IMG/VR virus record: IMGVR_UViG_3300027365_000008
Reading direction: 5' to 3' (one strand)
DNA length: 64,000 nt
DNA from: a virus
Lineage: Duplodnaviria; Heunggongvirae; Uroviricota; Caudoviricetes
The first letter of the stretch is position 1. The number at the start of each line of letters is the position of its first letter. This document shows positions 1-10,188 of this stretch, one piece after another. The notes under the pieces were generated by a model that was not told the origin of the DNA, ran no database searches, and worked only from the letters and a program-made list of their open reading frames with translations. The translations under genes were made by a program, and so were the position numbers.

Positions 1-2
1 AT

Positions 3-221
3 TTGGATGACGGTCTGGTTCATTCAGACAAGGAAACGTACGAGACCCTCAAGGCCAATCATAATGCTCGCGGCTATCTCCACCTTGCAAGTCTCGATGG
101 GAGTGAGGTAGAATACCACCTCGAAATCATCTACCGGAACGGTTTCTTCTATGCCTATGGTAATGATCTAAACCGAATTAGAAACGACCTCGACACTGAG
201 TATAAGTTTCACCGACTGTAA
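3..221 (+). CDS. hypothetical protein, possibly the 3' part of a gene that starts upstream of the window
   Basis: ORF runs from the window edge; no recognisable motif. Confidence 0.3.
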   Translation: MDDGLVHSDKETYETLKANHNARGYLHLASLDGSEVEYHLEIIYRNGFFYAYGNDLNRIRNDLDTEYKFHRL

Positions 222-242
222 TGTCACCAAAGGAGACAATGA

Positions 243-1169
243 ATGACACGACAACTTCTCGCAGAAAAGTATCGCCCTTCCACGATTGACGGCTATGTGT
301 TTCTTGACCCCAATCTAAAACGTAGCGTGGAAAAGTGGATCGAGAAGCAAGACATCCCCAATATCCTCATGGTGGGGTCCGCAGGATGCGGCAAGACCAC
401 GCTTTCTCGCATCCTTATCAAAGAACTGGATATCCCCCAAGGGGATGTCAAGCAAGTGAACTGTTCGGCGGTCAAGGGCATGGAGTTCATTCGGGAAATC
501 CTCGAACCGTGGCTCAAGAAAGCCCCGTATGGACGTTTCAAGGTCGTTCAGCTAGAAGAGATGGATCGCCTTGGGCAAGACGCCCAGAAGGCTCTCAGGG
601 CCATCATCGAGGACAGTTCCGCCTCTGGCACACGGTTCATCGGCACTGCCAACTATGCCAAAGGCATCATCCCCGAAATGTATTCGCGTTTCGAGGATTA
701 TGACATCAATGCCATGGATGATGAAGGGATCATCGAATACATGGTGGATGTGATCGAACAAGAACAGATCATCGTTGAGGATGAAAATGTGTTCTTCGAC
801 CACATTGATGCTTACAAGCCTGACATCCGCAAGATTCTCAACAGTATCGAAGCCGCGACCGATTCTGAAGGGAAACTCCATCCTCCCCAGAAGATCACTT
901 CCAAAGGAACCGATCTCGATCAGTGGGAATCGCTTTGGAAGGGTGAGGATTTCAATCTTGAAGCGGCACTGGAACTGACCGAACTCATCGACCCCACCAA
1001 TTACGATTGGTTCTATGAGGTCATGTATTCCAATCTTCATCAGTTCGAAGACAAAGGCGCGGCATTGGTTCTCCTGTCCCAATATCTTGATCGCTCTCAG
1101 ACATCGGCTAACCTTCGCCTCCACCTCGACGCATTTCTGTATCATGCCTTCGTGGTAGGGGGAGAGTAA
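243..1169 (+). CDS. sliding-clamp loader large subunit (RFC/gp44-like AAA+ ATPase)
   Basis: N-terminal EKYRP..ID motif; Walker A VGSAGCGKTT; Walker B/DEAD-like VVQLEEMD; size ~308 aa as in T4 gp44; RBS aaaggag before the ATG. Confidence 0.8.
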   Translation: MTRQLLAEKYRPSTIDGYVFLDPNLKRSVEKWIEKQDIPNILMVGSAGCGKTTLSRILIKELDIPQGDVKQVNCSAVKGMEFIREILEPWLKKAPYGRFKVVQLEEMDRLGQDAQKALRAIIEDSSASGTRFIGTANYAKGIIPEMYSRFEDYDINAMDDEGIIEYMVDVIEQEQIIVEDENVFFDHIDAYKPDIRKILNSIEAATDSEGKLHPPQKITSKGTDLDQWESLWKGEDFNLEAALELTELIDPTNYDWFYEVMYSNLHQFEDKGAALVLLSQYLDRSQTSANLRLHLDAFLYHAFVVGGE

Positions 1170-1600
1170 TGGCGAAACAGAAAACTGATCTGTTTAAGTT
1201 CTTCGATCACATGAATCGAGGGGATTACGATTATGTCGATTCGTTGACCGAGGATGAGGTTAAGGGGCTTTCGGCCTTCGTGGTGCTGATGTGGGTTAAC
1301 GGGGCAGAGGGCAGCAATGCCCCGTATCATGTCCTACTGACCGACATGTATTGTAATCCGTATGTGTTCAGTTTGAGTCGCCATCCTCGTCTGCTTCTCA
1401 AGTTGCTGGTTGCCGCAAACAGTGGCATGGGAAATACCCGGTATGCATTCAAGAAGAATGGCATCAAGAACCATACCAAGGAACTCTATGCCATCTCTCG
1501 GTTATATCAGTGTGGAATGCACGAGGCCAAACAGTATCATGAGATTCTTAACGCTGATGAGATTGAAGAGATAGTCGATATCTTCGATTTCAAAGAATGA
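1169..1600 (+). CDS. putative clamp loader small subunit (gp62-like), assigned by synteny only
   Basis: Start ATG overlaps the gp44-like stop (TAATG), suggesting coupling; no sequence motif recognised. Confidence 0.3.
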   Translation: MAKQKTDLFKFFDHMNRGDYDYVDSLTEDEVKGLSAFVVLMWVNGAEGSNAPYHVLLTDMYCNPYVFSLSRHPRLLLKLLVAANSGMGNTRYAFKKNGIKNHTKELYAISRLYQCGMHEAKQYHEILNADEIEEIVDIFDFKE

Positions 1601-1643
1601 CTACAGGCGGTCTGTTAGGCCGCCTTTTCTTGGGAGTATTGAG

Positions 1644-2000
1644 ATGGAAGATCGTGTTCGTGACATGTTTATCGATCTCACCAATGAATGCTTTTACAAT
1701 TACGATAAAGGTATTAATGCTGCGCTTAGCGTTATTCGATACATCCATACTTTCCTTGATTACCTCGATGAAGCGCGCCGTGCGATAGACAAAACCGAAA
1801 CGTATGCGGTGATAGTCAGTGATAAGGGATGGATGACTACCATTTCTTTCGTTGATTGTTCTAATGGTGTGATCTGCTTCACTTTCGAAATACCGCTATC
1901 GAAGGCTAAGTATTCTTTCAACGAGGATGGATGCTCTGGTGTTTACCTTCATGAAGTCCTCGATGATCTCGAAAACTTGTATAGGATGAAACGGCTTTGA
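1644..2000 (+). CDS. hypothetical protein
   Basis: ORF in a co-directional, tightly packed array. Confidence 0.4.
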   Translation: MEDRVRDMFIDLTNECFYNYDKGINAALSVIRYIHTFLDYLDEARRAIDKTETYAVIVSDKGWMTTISFVDCSNGVICFTFEIPLSKAKYSFNEDGCSGVYLHEVLDDLENLYRMKRL

Positions 2001-2461
2001 AACGACCTTCAGTGGATGACATTGTTCATTTTATAAGCAGGTTAATGTTTGATTTCCGATTAGAAAAAGCTAGCAAGACGTTTTCTGGTCTGGCGGATTA
2101 CCTCGGTGAATGCACGAGGAATGGGGAAGTCGATTCGTTTAGACTCACCATTTACGATTGTGATATGGGGTCTGCTGGCATTGTATTTGATCCTACACCC
2201 GCAATCCCAGAGCATTGCAATTTTAATCCGTTCGTTTTTGATGTTGAAGGTGTCCTACAACGGAATCTGACCGAAAAGGTAGGTTTGAGAGTCAAGGAAG
2301 TCTTCGGTGAGTTGGAAGAAGAGATGAGAGTCGAAGCAGTGCAGGGTCATCACCGGGTCATCATGGGCACTCCGCTTTATGAGATGGAAGCCTTTTCAAT
2401 CGCTGAGGTCATTGGTATAATTGACCGTGTTTATGAGATCAATCGCTTACAGGAGTTGTAA
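1997..2461 (+). CDS. hypothetical protein
   Basis: ORF; start overlaps the upstream stop. Confidence 0.45.
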   Translation: MKRPSVDDIVHFISRLMFDFRLEKASKTFSGLADYLGECTRNGEVDSFRLTIYDCDMGSAGIVFDPTPAIPEHCNFNPFVFDVEGVLQRNLTEKVGLRVKEVFGELEEEMRVEAVQGHHRVIMGTPLYEMEAFSIAEVIGIIDRVYEINRLQEL

Positions 2462-2463
2462 TC

Positions 2464-2979
2464 GTGACCTTTATATACACGCCAACAGCGAGAATGATGT
2501 TCCCTGACCGGGTTGAATATAAACCCCCGTCATGGAAAGGTAACATTCCCACAACACCGACTATGGATAATCAGGTCATTTCTGAGTTCTTTAGGGCGTT
2601 CGAGACTCTGTTGGTTGGAAATCTCGATACCATGCCTCAAGCCCGTAGATTGCCTTATGCTGAAAGATTGAAGGAAGAGTGTGAGCGATGGGAACGAATG
2701 ACGAAAGACTTTAACATCGCTGCTATTCATCCTTGTTATGAGGCGAAATTTCGTTCTAATCACAGATCATTAGAAACTGTAACAGCTATCATTTTCACAA
2801 AGACGGGGTGTAAAGGTTCATATCATATTGAAATGGGGTGGTTATTGTATGAGCCTTCATTGGTGCCGATGGTGTTGATGGGTAAAATGTTCCACTGTGA
2901 TATGAAGAAGTTTAGATCGGATTTCATTGATATTATGTATTCTACTTACGAATCTATTCTGTTTAAGGATGCATTATGA
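2464..2979 (+). CDS. hypothetical protein
   Basis: ORF in a packed array. Confidence 0.45.
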   Translation: MTFIYTPTARMMFPDRVEYKPPSWKGNIPTTPTMDNQVISEFFRAFETLLVGNLDTMPQARRLPYAERLKEECERWERMTKDFNIAAIHPCYEAKFRSNHRSLETVTAIIFTKTGCKGSYHIEMGWLLYEPSLVPMVLMGKMFHCDMKKFRSDFIDIMYSTYESILFKDAL

Positions 2980-3521
2980 AAAGGAAAGACTATGCTAAAA
3001 CATTTGTCCATAACGCCGCAACGAATTACATTTGTGTGGTATCCGAACATTCTGAATACCTTTCTCATGAGAGGTTGACCCGACTTCCTACGGAACACTT
3101 GGACTTCCCGTTTAATCGTGACGGACTCTTCAAATCCATTAGAGCCATACTGGATAAGCATCAGGAGCAACCAACGTCACGCATAATTGAGTTGCATAAC
3201 AATAACAAAAGGAAGATAGAAGATTTGTTGTTTCTTGCACAACGCTATCCTAGTGTGGTTATCCACTCAGGCATCGGCCTTTCGAATAAGTTTGGATACG
3301 GCGTTCGGTGTTACTATTTCAAACTTGCTTTTGTTTTTCAGAATGATATGATGTCTGGCGGTCACACGTATTGGTTAGAGGTTGGAACCGATGACCCGTC
3401 TTTGATACACTATGACATGTTGGGGACATATTCGCGTGCCAACAGTGAAAGATTGAAGATCAATCTCCTGAATCCGCTCAAAGAACGCAGCGATGAGGTT
3501 ACATTCTGTCATGAACTCTGA
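2976..3521 (+). CDS. hypothetical protein
   Basis: ORF; start overlaps the upstream stop. Confidence 0.45.
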   Translation: MKRKDYAKTFVHNAATNYICVVSEHSEYLSHERLTRLPTEHLDFPFNRDGLFKSIRAILDKHQEQPTSRIIELHNNNKRKIEDLLFLAQRYPSVVIHSGIGLSNKFGYGVRCYYFKLAFVFQNDMMSGGHTYWLEVGTDDPSLIHYDMLGTYSRANSERLKINLLNPLKERSDEVTFCHEL

Positions 3522-3927
3522 AAACGCAAATCAATCGGTAACACTGGAACAGATTTCAACGTTATGTTACGACAACATTCTCGGGTTGACGAATGAAGAT
3601 TATATAAACACTACTTACTGTGACATTGATGACGTGATAGGCTTTGTGACTAATGAATGTCCGAATGAAGAGAGTTATACAATAAGCGTTTCCTTTTCAG
3701 TTAAACATAATTCTGAATGTGTAGCCGATGTTCGGGTGAGCACTAATGACTTAAACGAGTACGATTACATCACCTTCTTCTTCAAAAATGAGAATCTGTT
3801 GCGTTTATTCGATTTTAAAAACATTGAGGAAGTGCCCGAAGAGTGCATCATCGGTGAGTTCTCTAGGAAAGAGGTGTTTAACCTTCTCCATACCATGACG
3901 GACGCCATTAAACTTCTCGATCTGTAA
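3493..3927 (+). CDS. hypothetical protein
   Basis: ORF in a packed array. Confidence 0.4.
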   Translation: MRLHSVMNSENANQSVTLEQISTLCYDNILGLTNEDYINTTYCDIDDVIGFVTNECPNEESYTISVSFSVKHNSECVADVRVSTNDLNEYDYITFFFKNENLLRLFDFKNIEEVPEECIIGEFSRKEVFNLLHTMTDAIKLLDL

Positions 3928-3945
3928 ACAGGAGATAGACGAAAC

Positions 3946-4605
3946 GTGGAAATCATCAAGACATTCAATGAAGTCGGCAGGTTGTATGATCGAGGGTTAA
4001 TACAGAAGGACGACTCGACATTCGAATGCCCCGTCTGTCACAAGGAATACAAATCGAAAGTGGCAGGCGAAAAGCATGTCGATAAGATGGACTGCTATAA
4101 GATGCAGGATGTCTTTATGGACACCGAATACGAAGCCATGGCTCACGAACTCTATATATCGGTAATAACTAATGAGAACCCCATGGCGAGGACCGGTATC
4201 CGGGTATTCCGCAAGGCCAAGTCGTATGGCCCGTTCCTCAAGTTCATCATCTTCACCAGCTACCATCAGGTGAGCGATAAGGGGCTGTACTACTCGTGGT
4301 TGAACGAGATCGTTGGGTTTCGTTACACCAACAAGATTCTATCCGAAGGTACCAATGAGGGGCGTCTTCGTGAGTATCGTCTTTGGCTACAGCGTCATCC
4401 CCAGTACATCGACAGCCAGACTTTTTTTGAACGCCATGCAGAGGCACTGCAAAATGATCAACAATTCCTGATACGTTCCCTAGAGAAGTCTCATATCGGC
4501 ATTCGCTATCTCATGTCAGCCCACGGCTTCGACTTTGATGGGGTTGTCGATGCCCTTGATCCGGGGTATTATATGAGACTACAGACATTAGTGGAGAAGG
4601 TGTGA
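3946..4605 (+). CDS. hypothetical protein with a C2H2-like zinc-binding motif
   Basis: CPVCHKEYKSKVAGEKHVDKMDC near the N-terminus. Confidence 0.45.
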   Translation: MEIIKTFNEVGRLYDRGLIQKDDSTFECPVCHKEYKSKVAGEKHVDKMDCYKMQDVFMDTEYEAMAHELYISVITNENPMARTGIRVFRKAKSYGPFLKFIIFTSYHQVSDKGLYYSWLNEIVGFRYTNKILSEGTNEGRLREYRLWLQRHPQYIDSQTFFERHAEALQNDQQFLIRSLEKSHIGIRYLMSAHGFDFDGVVDALDPGYYMRLQTLVEKV

Positions 4606-5057
4606 TGAGTCCCGCAAGTGAGGTTCGTGAGATACTGTTACCTTTGCTTCCCGAAGTGGTAACAACCAACATTGTAACTGCGTTGGAACCGTTGGAATCA
4701 TCTTTGGTAACCAAAGTTATCAGGTCCATCGATGAATCGACCATACGAAATCATCTTATAGATGTCTACATTATGGGTCCGACTCGTTCTTATGACGTTC
4801 CCGTAGCAAAGTTCCTATCCCGTGATATTCTCATTGAAATGGGAATCTCAAGGAGGACACAAGTAACACATGTTCCTATAACCAGATTCTCTGAACATGA
4901 GAGAGTGTTTGAGTATTTCCATCGCTTCAAACGAAACATTCCTGTTATCCACACAGACCTTCCATTTCAAGTGACACCAAACATTCCCTTTCATAAGCAT
5001 CACCTTGAAGATATAGCGGAAGATGTGGTTAATATGATTAAGATGATGATGCTGTGA
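4602..5057 (+). CDS. hypothetical protein
   Basis: ORF; start overlaps the upstream stop. Confidence 0.45.
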   Translation: MMSPASEVREILLPLLPEVVTTNIVTALEPLESSLVTKVIRSIDESTIRNHLIDVYIMGPTRSYDVPVAKFLSRDILIEMGISRRTQVTHVPITRFSEHERVFEYFHRFKRNIPVIHTDLPFQVTPNIPFHKHHLEDIAEDVVNMIKMMML

Positions 5058-5064
5058 GGACTTT

Positions 5065-5511
5065 ATGTATTTGGCACGATCAGAACTTATGAGGTTGCTG
5101 AGGGAGGACGCAGAGAAGTCTTTAGGTGCAATGTATAAAGACGTGATGGAAGGGAGGCTTCCATTTTCAATTTGTTTTGCATTTAGACGACTTTCTGAAT
5201 GTGTGGTAAATCCCTCCTATAACAACATGATGGCAGCTATTGATGGGAATGTAGTTGTTGATGCGAACCAAGCACGATGTTACGGAAATGAAAAACGGAT
5301 TACATACCGCTTAAAGGTAGTTGGGATTTACGGTAACTACGGCGGTGAGGTGGTTCTAACTTCTGTTCGTTCCGACCCTATAAAAAGGAGGACTGATCGT
5401 GAATGTGTTTATCGTTGGGTATCTGATAGTGGGTATGTTACGGTAACTTCTGATTCGGTTCAGACGATGGTTATGTCTTTGTGTGATCAATACTTCTTCT
5501 CGCAACTGTAA
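5065..5511 (+). CDS. hypothetical protein (paralog of the next gene)
   Basis: C-terminus YRWVSDSGYVTVTSDSVQTMVMSLCDQYFFSQL resembles the C-terminus of ORF 5590-5955. Confidence 0.45.
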   Translation: MYLARSELMRLLREDAEKSLGAMYKDVMEGRLPFSICFAFRRLSECVVNPSYNNMMAAIDGNVVVDANQARCYGNEKRITYRLKVVGIYGNYGGEVVLTSVRSDPIKRRTDRECVYRWVSDSGYVTVTSDSVQTMVMSLCDQYFFSQL

Positions 5512-5589
5512 GGAGGAATATATGGAGTTTAGCAAATCAGAATTGAATGATAAGATGGTAGAACTGATTGTGCGTTCGTTGGAAAACAA

Positions 5590-5955
5590 ATGGAACAAGA
5601 AAGAGGCTGTATGATAATTGAACGGTCTATCAAACGGGGTATTAAAAATGGATTCATCTATGACGATTTCATGGATCGATGTTCTGGTATATCAGTTCGC
5701 GTAAGAACATTTCATGGAAGGGGTAAGTTTAAGAAGTTGCTTATGGGTGTATATGACAGGAGGGGTGGAACCGGTTGCCTAAGAATATGGTTTTGTAAAT
5801 TTTTGGTACAATCAGAAGAAATAGACCATAGATCGAACGAAATCTATCTTTACAGGTGGGTTAAACAACGAAAAGAAGCTGTCATCTCTGACCCTCGAAT
5901 ACACGACATCTTTAAGGGGTTGTGCGACCGATACTTTGTTGAGAATCTGCTATGA
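5590..5955 (+). CDS. hypothetical protein (paralog of the previous gene)
   Basis: C-terminus YRWVKQRKEAVISDPRIHDIFKGLCDRYFVENLL matches the 5065-5511 product. Confidence 0.45.
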   Translation: MEQERGCMIIERSIKRGIKNGFIYDDFMDRCSGISVRVRTFHGRGKFKKLLMGVYDRRGGTGCLRIWFCKFLVQSEEIDHRSNEIYLYRWVKQRKEAVISDPRIHDIFKGLCDRYFVENLL

Positions 5956-6383
5956 ACATATCGTCCTATGCTGTTGAACGGTTCGTTAGAGAGATCATTG
6001 TGGTAGATGTATTCTGGCAGAATGTTAGCCGAGAACAACTGTATGTCGATCATAAACCGACTTCCATACGTCTGACGTTATTCTATCATTCACACAACAA
6101 TTTCACCCTCGGGTGTGATGTTCGTTATGACGATCCATCGTTGAACACGAATCTTCCTGTGTTTTCAGAGATCGAGATTGACTTGATTAGTAGAATAGTC
6201 TTTGCGCGATCTGAAGAAAAGACAGTGAGTTGGATAAAGCCGTTTTCCAACGATCTCCAACGGTATCTCAAATGGCACTGTAAACGGCGGGCTAACAACA
6301 CATTTAAGGTTTCCATCACCTCTGAAGACGTGATATCCTCCATACACGATAAGCATTTGTCTGACATGTTGCTGAACCTTTAA
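5952..6383 (+). CDS. hypothetical protein
   Basis: ORF; start overlaps the upstream stop. Confidence 0.4.
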   Translation: MNISSYAVERFVREIIVVDVFWQNVSREQLYVDHKPTSIRLTLFYHSHNNFTLGCDVRYDDPSLNTNLPVFSEIEIDLISRIVFARSEEKTVSWIKPFSNDLQRYLKWHCKRRANNTFKVSITSEDVISSIHDKHLSDMLLNL

Positions 6384-6395
6384 GGAAATTAGATT

Positions 6396-7556
6396 ATGAC
6401 CCAGAAGAAACTCGTCCGTAAGATTGATCATCCGACACTTCCGCTTACCATTTCCAAGTACACCAAGACGGCGTTTCATAAACGCAAGTGGACTGAGGAA
6501 GTCATCAATTCACGAGGTCATGTGCATGATACAAATGGGAATCTGGTATCCTGCCCGTTCACCAAGTTTTTCAATCTGAATGAGACAATGGGTACGCGAA
6601 AGGATCATGTGGTTGACCTGATCAGTTCTCATTATCACGAAGCCGAAGTTCATATCAAATACAATGGTCACCTTGGGATTCTATTCAACTATCAGGGCGA
6701 GTGGATTAACACCACGTCTGGGTCATTCGAACACGATTTCATTAAGCCGGATCGTAACATCATCGACGAGAATGGATTCACGCCTGAACTATTAGATCGT
6801 CTTCCGTCTTCATGGACGCTGATCTTTGAAATCATCGGTGAACACGATCCCCATGTGATGACACCTATTCATCAACAGGAGTTGGGACGTGATAGCGCAG
6901 CCGTGCTATTAGGCGTTTACGATTCAACCACTCGTCAACCGGTTGATAACTACGAGAACACCATACTTTCTATCTGGTCTGAACTGGGGTGCAACACATA
7001 TCCGTTGTTCGCCAAGAAGCACAACTTCCGCGATCTGGTTCCTGTTAACACCAAGGAAGCTATCGGTGACTTCTTGGACGAGATGAAAAAGTGGGAAGAT
7101 ATGGAAGGGGTTATCCTTCATGTCCCGTCTATTGACTATAGGGTCAAAATCAAAACTGATTGGTTCATCAAGCATCGGTATATGCGTCAGTTCGATCATG
7201 CGAAGACGAAGGAACTCTTCGTGAACCTCTTTGATTCAGAGAAGGCATTCACCAAGATTCCCGAGGAACTGCATGAAGCCTATGAAACCTTCATCGGTCA
7301 ATACCGAACGTTCGAATCCAGCTACAAGAACACCATCATGGACACGGGAAAGCGTATCGTGGAAGCGTTCAAGACCCGTGATCTGATGAATCACTTTATT
7401 GACACAACAACGGAAATCAAAACAGAAGCGGAACGGGAGGTCATTAAAAGCTATCTCAATGGAGATTCAGATTCTGACCGTCTGATGCGTAACATCTTCG
7501 CTGAGAACATTGAAAACTTTTCGCTTATCGATCAATATATGATGAGTGATACCTAA
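6396..7556 (+). CDS. rnlA: ATP-dependent RNA ligase, T4 Rnl1 (RnlA)-like
   Basis: KFFNLNE motif shared with T4 Rnl1; candidate adenylylation lysine in HIKYNGHLG (KxNG for KxDG); 386 aa, close to T4 Rnl1 size. Confidence 0.65.
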   Translation: MTQKKLVRKIDHPTLPLTISKYTKTAFHKRKWTEEVINSRGHVHDTNGNLVSCPFTKFFNLNETMGTRKDHVVDLISSHYHEAEVHIKYNGHLGILFNYQGEWINTTSGSFEHDFIKPDRNIIDENGFTPELLDRLPSSWTLIFEIIGEHDPHVMTPIHQQELGRDSAAVLLGVYDSTTRQPVDNYENTILSIWSELGCNTYPLFAKKHNFRDLVPVNTKEAIGDFLDEMKKWEDMEGVILHVPSIDYRVKIKTDWFIKHRYMRQFDHAKTKELFVNLFDSEKAFTKIPEELHEAYETFIGQYRTFESSYKNTIMDTGKRIVEAFKTRDLMNHFIDTTTEIKTEAEREVIKSYLNGDSDSDRLMRNIFAENIENFSLIDQYMMSDT

Positions 7557-7569
7557 GAGGACATCTATC

Positions 7570-8739
7570 ATGCTAATCCTGTTGCGCTCGATTTCCTGTA
7601 TGGGGAAATCCACGTTGCTCAAGGCATTCGACAAATCAGACTACGTTTCATCCGATGATCTACGGGTGGAACTGTATGGCACCTACAATATCGATCCTGC
7701 CAAGTCTCAACACGTTTGGAAGGAAATGGCCCATCGCATCGATCTTCGGATGCGCCATGGGCGCTTTACGATTGTAGATGCCACTAACATCTCATTGAAA
7801 GGTATCAATGGGATGAAGCGTATCGCCGAGAATCACGGTCAGGAGACGCGCATCCTCAACATCGTGCCTGACATCAACCTTGCCATGAATCGCCTCTCGC
7901 GCCGCCGTGTGGGCGCTGCTGAGGGTGTTTTGATGCCGGATGCTGCTCTCCTTTGTCAACACGAGAAGTATCAGCGCGAAACGCCCAAAGTCATTGAATC
8001 CCACTCGGATATCTTCTACTCAGGAGATTACAATTCGGTTGAGACTCGGTTGAACTATCTGGCCCATCGTCGTAACAATTACATTGCCGAGACGGACAAC
8101 GTCTTTGTGATTGGCGACATTCATGGCATGAAATCAAAACTGAAAACCATGCTGGACAATCTTCCCAAGGAGTCATTGATTTTCAGTCTCGGTGATATGA
8201 TTGACCGAGGTGAAGATTCGATGGGGACGATCCAGATGCTCATGAACGACCCGCGTTTTGTGGGGTTCACCATGGGCAATCACGAGAAGGCGTTTCTTAA
8301 CGAACTGGAAAACGGAGGCAAATCGGTTTCTAATGCTCGTCAGGTGACCCATCAGGAGTTCAAACGCCTCAAAGTGACACAGCGAAAGGAGATTGTCGAG
8401 TTCCTGAAGCAAGGGAAGACGCATATCGTCCTTGAGCGATCCATCACTGGAAAGCGCTGTCTTCTCACTCATGCAGGGCTGGGTCATTATGATCCGATTC
8501 GGGTGACGTATGATCAGACCATTACTGATAAGGTCAATCCTGTTTCAGAGGTTCCTTCGGATTGGTTTGATATCCAGATTCATGGACACATGAGTTGGGA
8601 ATACAATGGTAACCTTGATGGAGCCGTGAAGAACATCGATTCCGGGTGTGGGCATGGGAAGGAGTTGACGGCTTACAATCCGTTTGACCCATCCCAGACG
8701 ATTGTGGTAACCTCGGATGGATATGTCATTCGGGGCTGA
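7570..8739 (+). CDS. bifunctional polynucleotide kinase / metallophosphoesterase (Pnkp-like)
   Basis: N-terminal P-loop kinase (SISCMGKST, IVDATNISLK as in T4 Pnk) fused to calcineurin-like phosphoesterase motifs (VIGDIHG, SLGDMIDRGEDS, GNHE). ATG at 7570 has RBS aagagga 8 nt upstream; a GTG at 7546 is the alternative start. Confidence 0.7.
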   Translation: MLILLRSISCMGKSTLLKAFDKSDYVSSDDLRVELYGTYNIDPAKSQHVWKEMAHRIDLRMRHGRFTIVDATNISLKGINGMKRIAENHGQETRILNIVPDINLAMNRLSRRRVGAAEGVLMPDAALLCQHEKYQRETPKVIESHSDIFYSGDYNSVETRLNYLAHRRNNYIAETDNVFVIGDIHGMKSKLKTMLDNLPKESLIFSLGDMIDRGEDSMGTIQMLMNDPRFVGFTMGNHEKAFLNELENGGKSVSNARQVTHQEFKRLKVTQRKEIVEFLKQGKTHIVLERSITGKRCLLTHAGLGHYDPIRVTYDQTITDKVNPVSEVPSDWFDIQIHGHMSWEYNGNLDGAVKNIDSGCGHGKELTAYNPFDPSQTIVVTSDGYVIRG

Positions 8740-8747
8740 GTAACGCC

Positions 8748-8775
8748 AACCGCCCTTCGGGGCGGTTTCTATTTG
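8748..8775 (+). terminator. rho-independent terminator
   Basis: ccgccc-ttcg-gggcgg hairpin followed by tttctatttg. Confidence 0.6.
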
Positions 8776-8776
8776 T

Positions 8777-9400
8777 ATGGGAGGTGCTATGGCAAAACAC
8801 AATTACGTCCGCCGAGTCTATGATGTTGATATCGATGTCAACAAGGATTGTGACAAGGACCAGTACGGCACGCGAGCCATGCTTTACAATCAGGAATCCG
8901 AAACCATCACATCACATCCATCGGGCTATTACCTTGAATCGGTTCCTGTCGATCCAGAAACCGGGTGTTGTGCGTTTGATTATGAGTACGGTGACGAGAA
9001 GGGATTCCACAAGATTGACCTGTTGACCAATAGTTCGTACAATGGGTTCTCGTCCAAACAGGAAGTGATCAATGCCCTGACCAGTGAACCACCATGGTCG
9101 AAACTGGGTGACCCTGAGTTTGTTGCCAAATTGCCCCACATCGCCAAACACTTTGATGTGGTGAGTAAGGTGCAACCGCGTTCAATCGAAGAACTGGCAG
9201 ATGTATTGGCTCTGATCCGACCGGGCAAGAAGCACCTTTTGGATGCTTATCTGAAGAACCCCAAATCGGTTCGCAGGAATCTTTACAAGCGATCTACCAA
9301 CGAGCAGATGTACTTCAAGAAGTCGCACAGCATCAGCTATGCTGCTATGATTGTCTGTGTGATGAACAAACTATCTAACCGAACAGCCTTTGTGTGGTGA
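8777..9400 (+). CDS. hypothetical protein
   Basis: ORF; alternative ATG at 8789. Confidence 0.4.
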   Translation: MGGAMAKHNYVRRVYDVDIDVNKDCDKDQYGTRAMLYNQESETITSHPSGYYLESVPVDPETGCCAFDYEYGDEKGFHKIDLLTNSSYNGFSSKQEVINALTSEPPWSKLGDPEFVAKLPHIAKHFDVVSKVQPRSIEELADVLALIRPGKKHLLDAYLKNPKSVRRNLYKRSTNEQMYFKKSHSISYAAMIVCVMNKLSNRTAFVW

Positions 9401-9403
9401 CTT

Positions 9404-9736
9404 ATGAACGGCGTTGAACGATTCATCAAATTCTTTGGAACCAAAAGCATTCATGGCGATGATGGTGATGTGCGTGTGTTTGGATTTGAACGACTTAGGA
9501 CGCAATTCATCGATACCTATGAGCGATACCTTGCGATCAAGGATGATCCAACGTGGAGTACACCTAAGTTCCCCGTCCACATCGTTGTGGATATCTATAC
9601 CACTCGTGATATAGGGTGCGATGTTTACAATTACATTATCAAGCGCATTGAAGCTAATTTTAACTTTCAATTACACCGATACGGGAAAGCACAGAGTGCG
9701 AGTTATCAATTAACGCGAAAAACCTCGTACTTCTAG
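9404..9736 (+). CDS. hypothetical protein
   Basis: ORF ending at the left IS boundary. Confidence 0.35.
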   Translation: MNGVERFIKFFGTKSIHGDDGDVRVFGFERLRTQFIDTYERYLAIKDDPTWSTPKFPVHIVVDIYTTRDIGCDVYNYIIKRIEANFNFQLHRYGKAQSASYQLTRKTSYF

Positions 9737-9771
9737 TGCGAGGATGGATAGCGTGGGGCGCGTCAGCGCCC

Positions 9772-10188
9772 CTATTCCGGCCTTGTTTGCTGCTCGATAT
9801 ATTGCTTGACGACACTCAGCGGTGCTCCGCCGACGCTCCCCGCAAAATAGCTGGGGCTCCATAACGCATTTTTCCTATAGGCAGGCTGCACCAACTCAGG
9901 GTGAAGTAGTTTCATCCGCCTACTCGAAACGCCTTTTAGGCTGTTGACTAGCCGGGAAACCGCCACCTTGGGTGGGAAATTGACCAGCAAGTGAACATGA
10001 TCGGTTTCGCCATTGAATTGCTTTAGTTCGGCCTCGAAGTCCTGGCATACCCGCTTGAACAGGCTTTCAAGGGAATGGAGATGCGCATCATTGAATACCT
10101 TGCCACGATATTTAGTCACAAAGACCAAGTGGGCGTGCATCTCAAAAACGCAGTGCCTGCCAGTTCTGATTGAGTTGATTTTGTCCAT
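9772..10188 (-). CDS. tnpA: IS200/IS605 transposase TnpA (Y1 HUH transposase)
   Basis: HAHLVFVTKYR, HVHLLVNFPP (HUH), VNSLKGVSSR and YFAGSVG motifs; 138 aa. Confidence 0.85.
   Translation of the reverse strand: MDKINSIRTGRHCVFEMHAHLVFVTKYRGKVFNDAHLHSLESLFKRVCQDFEAELKQFNGETDHVHLLVNFPPKVAVSRLVNSLKGVSSRRMKLLHPELVQPAYRKNALWSPSYFAGSVGGAPLSVVKQYIEQQTRPE

Noticed and set aside
293-1145. Antisense and alternate-frame ORFs inside the clamp-loader gene (293-541 -, 335-703 +, 552-1145 -, 571-753 +, 775-978 +)
   Set aside because: They sit entirely within a motif-supported gene and have no RBS. They are shadow ORFs.
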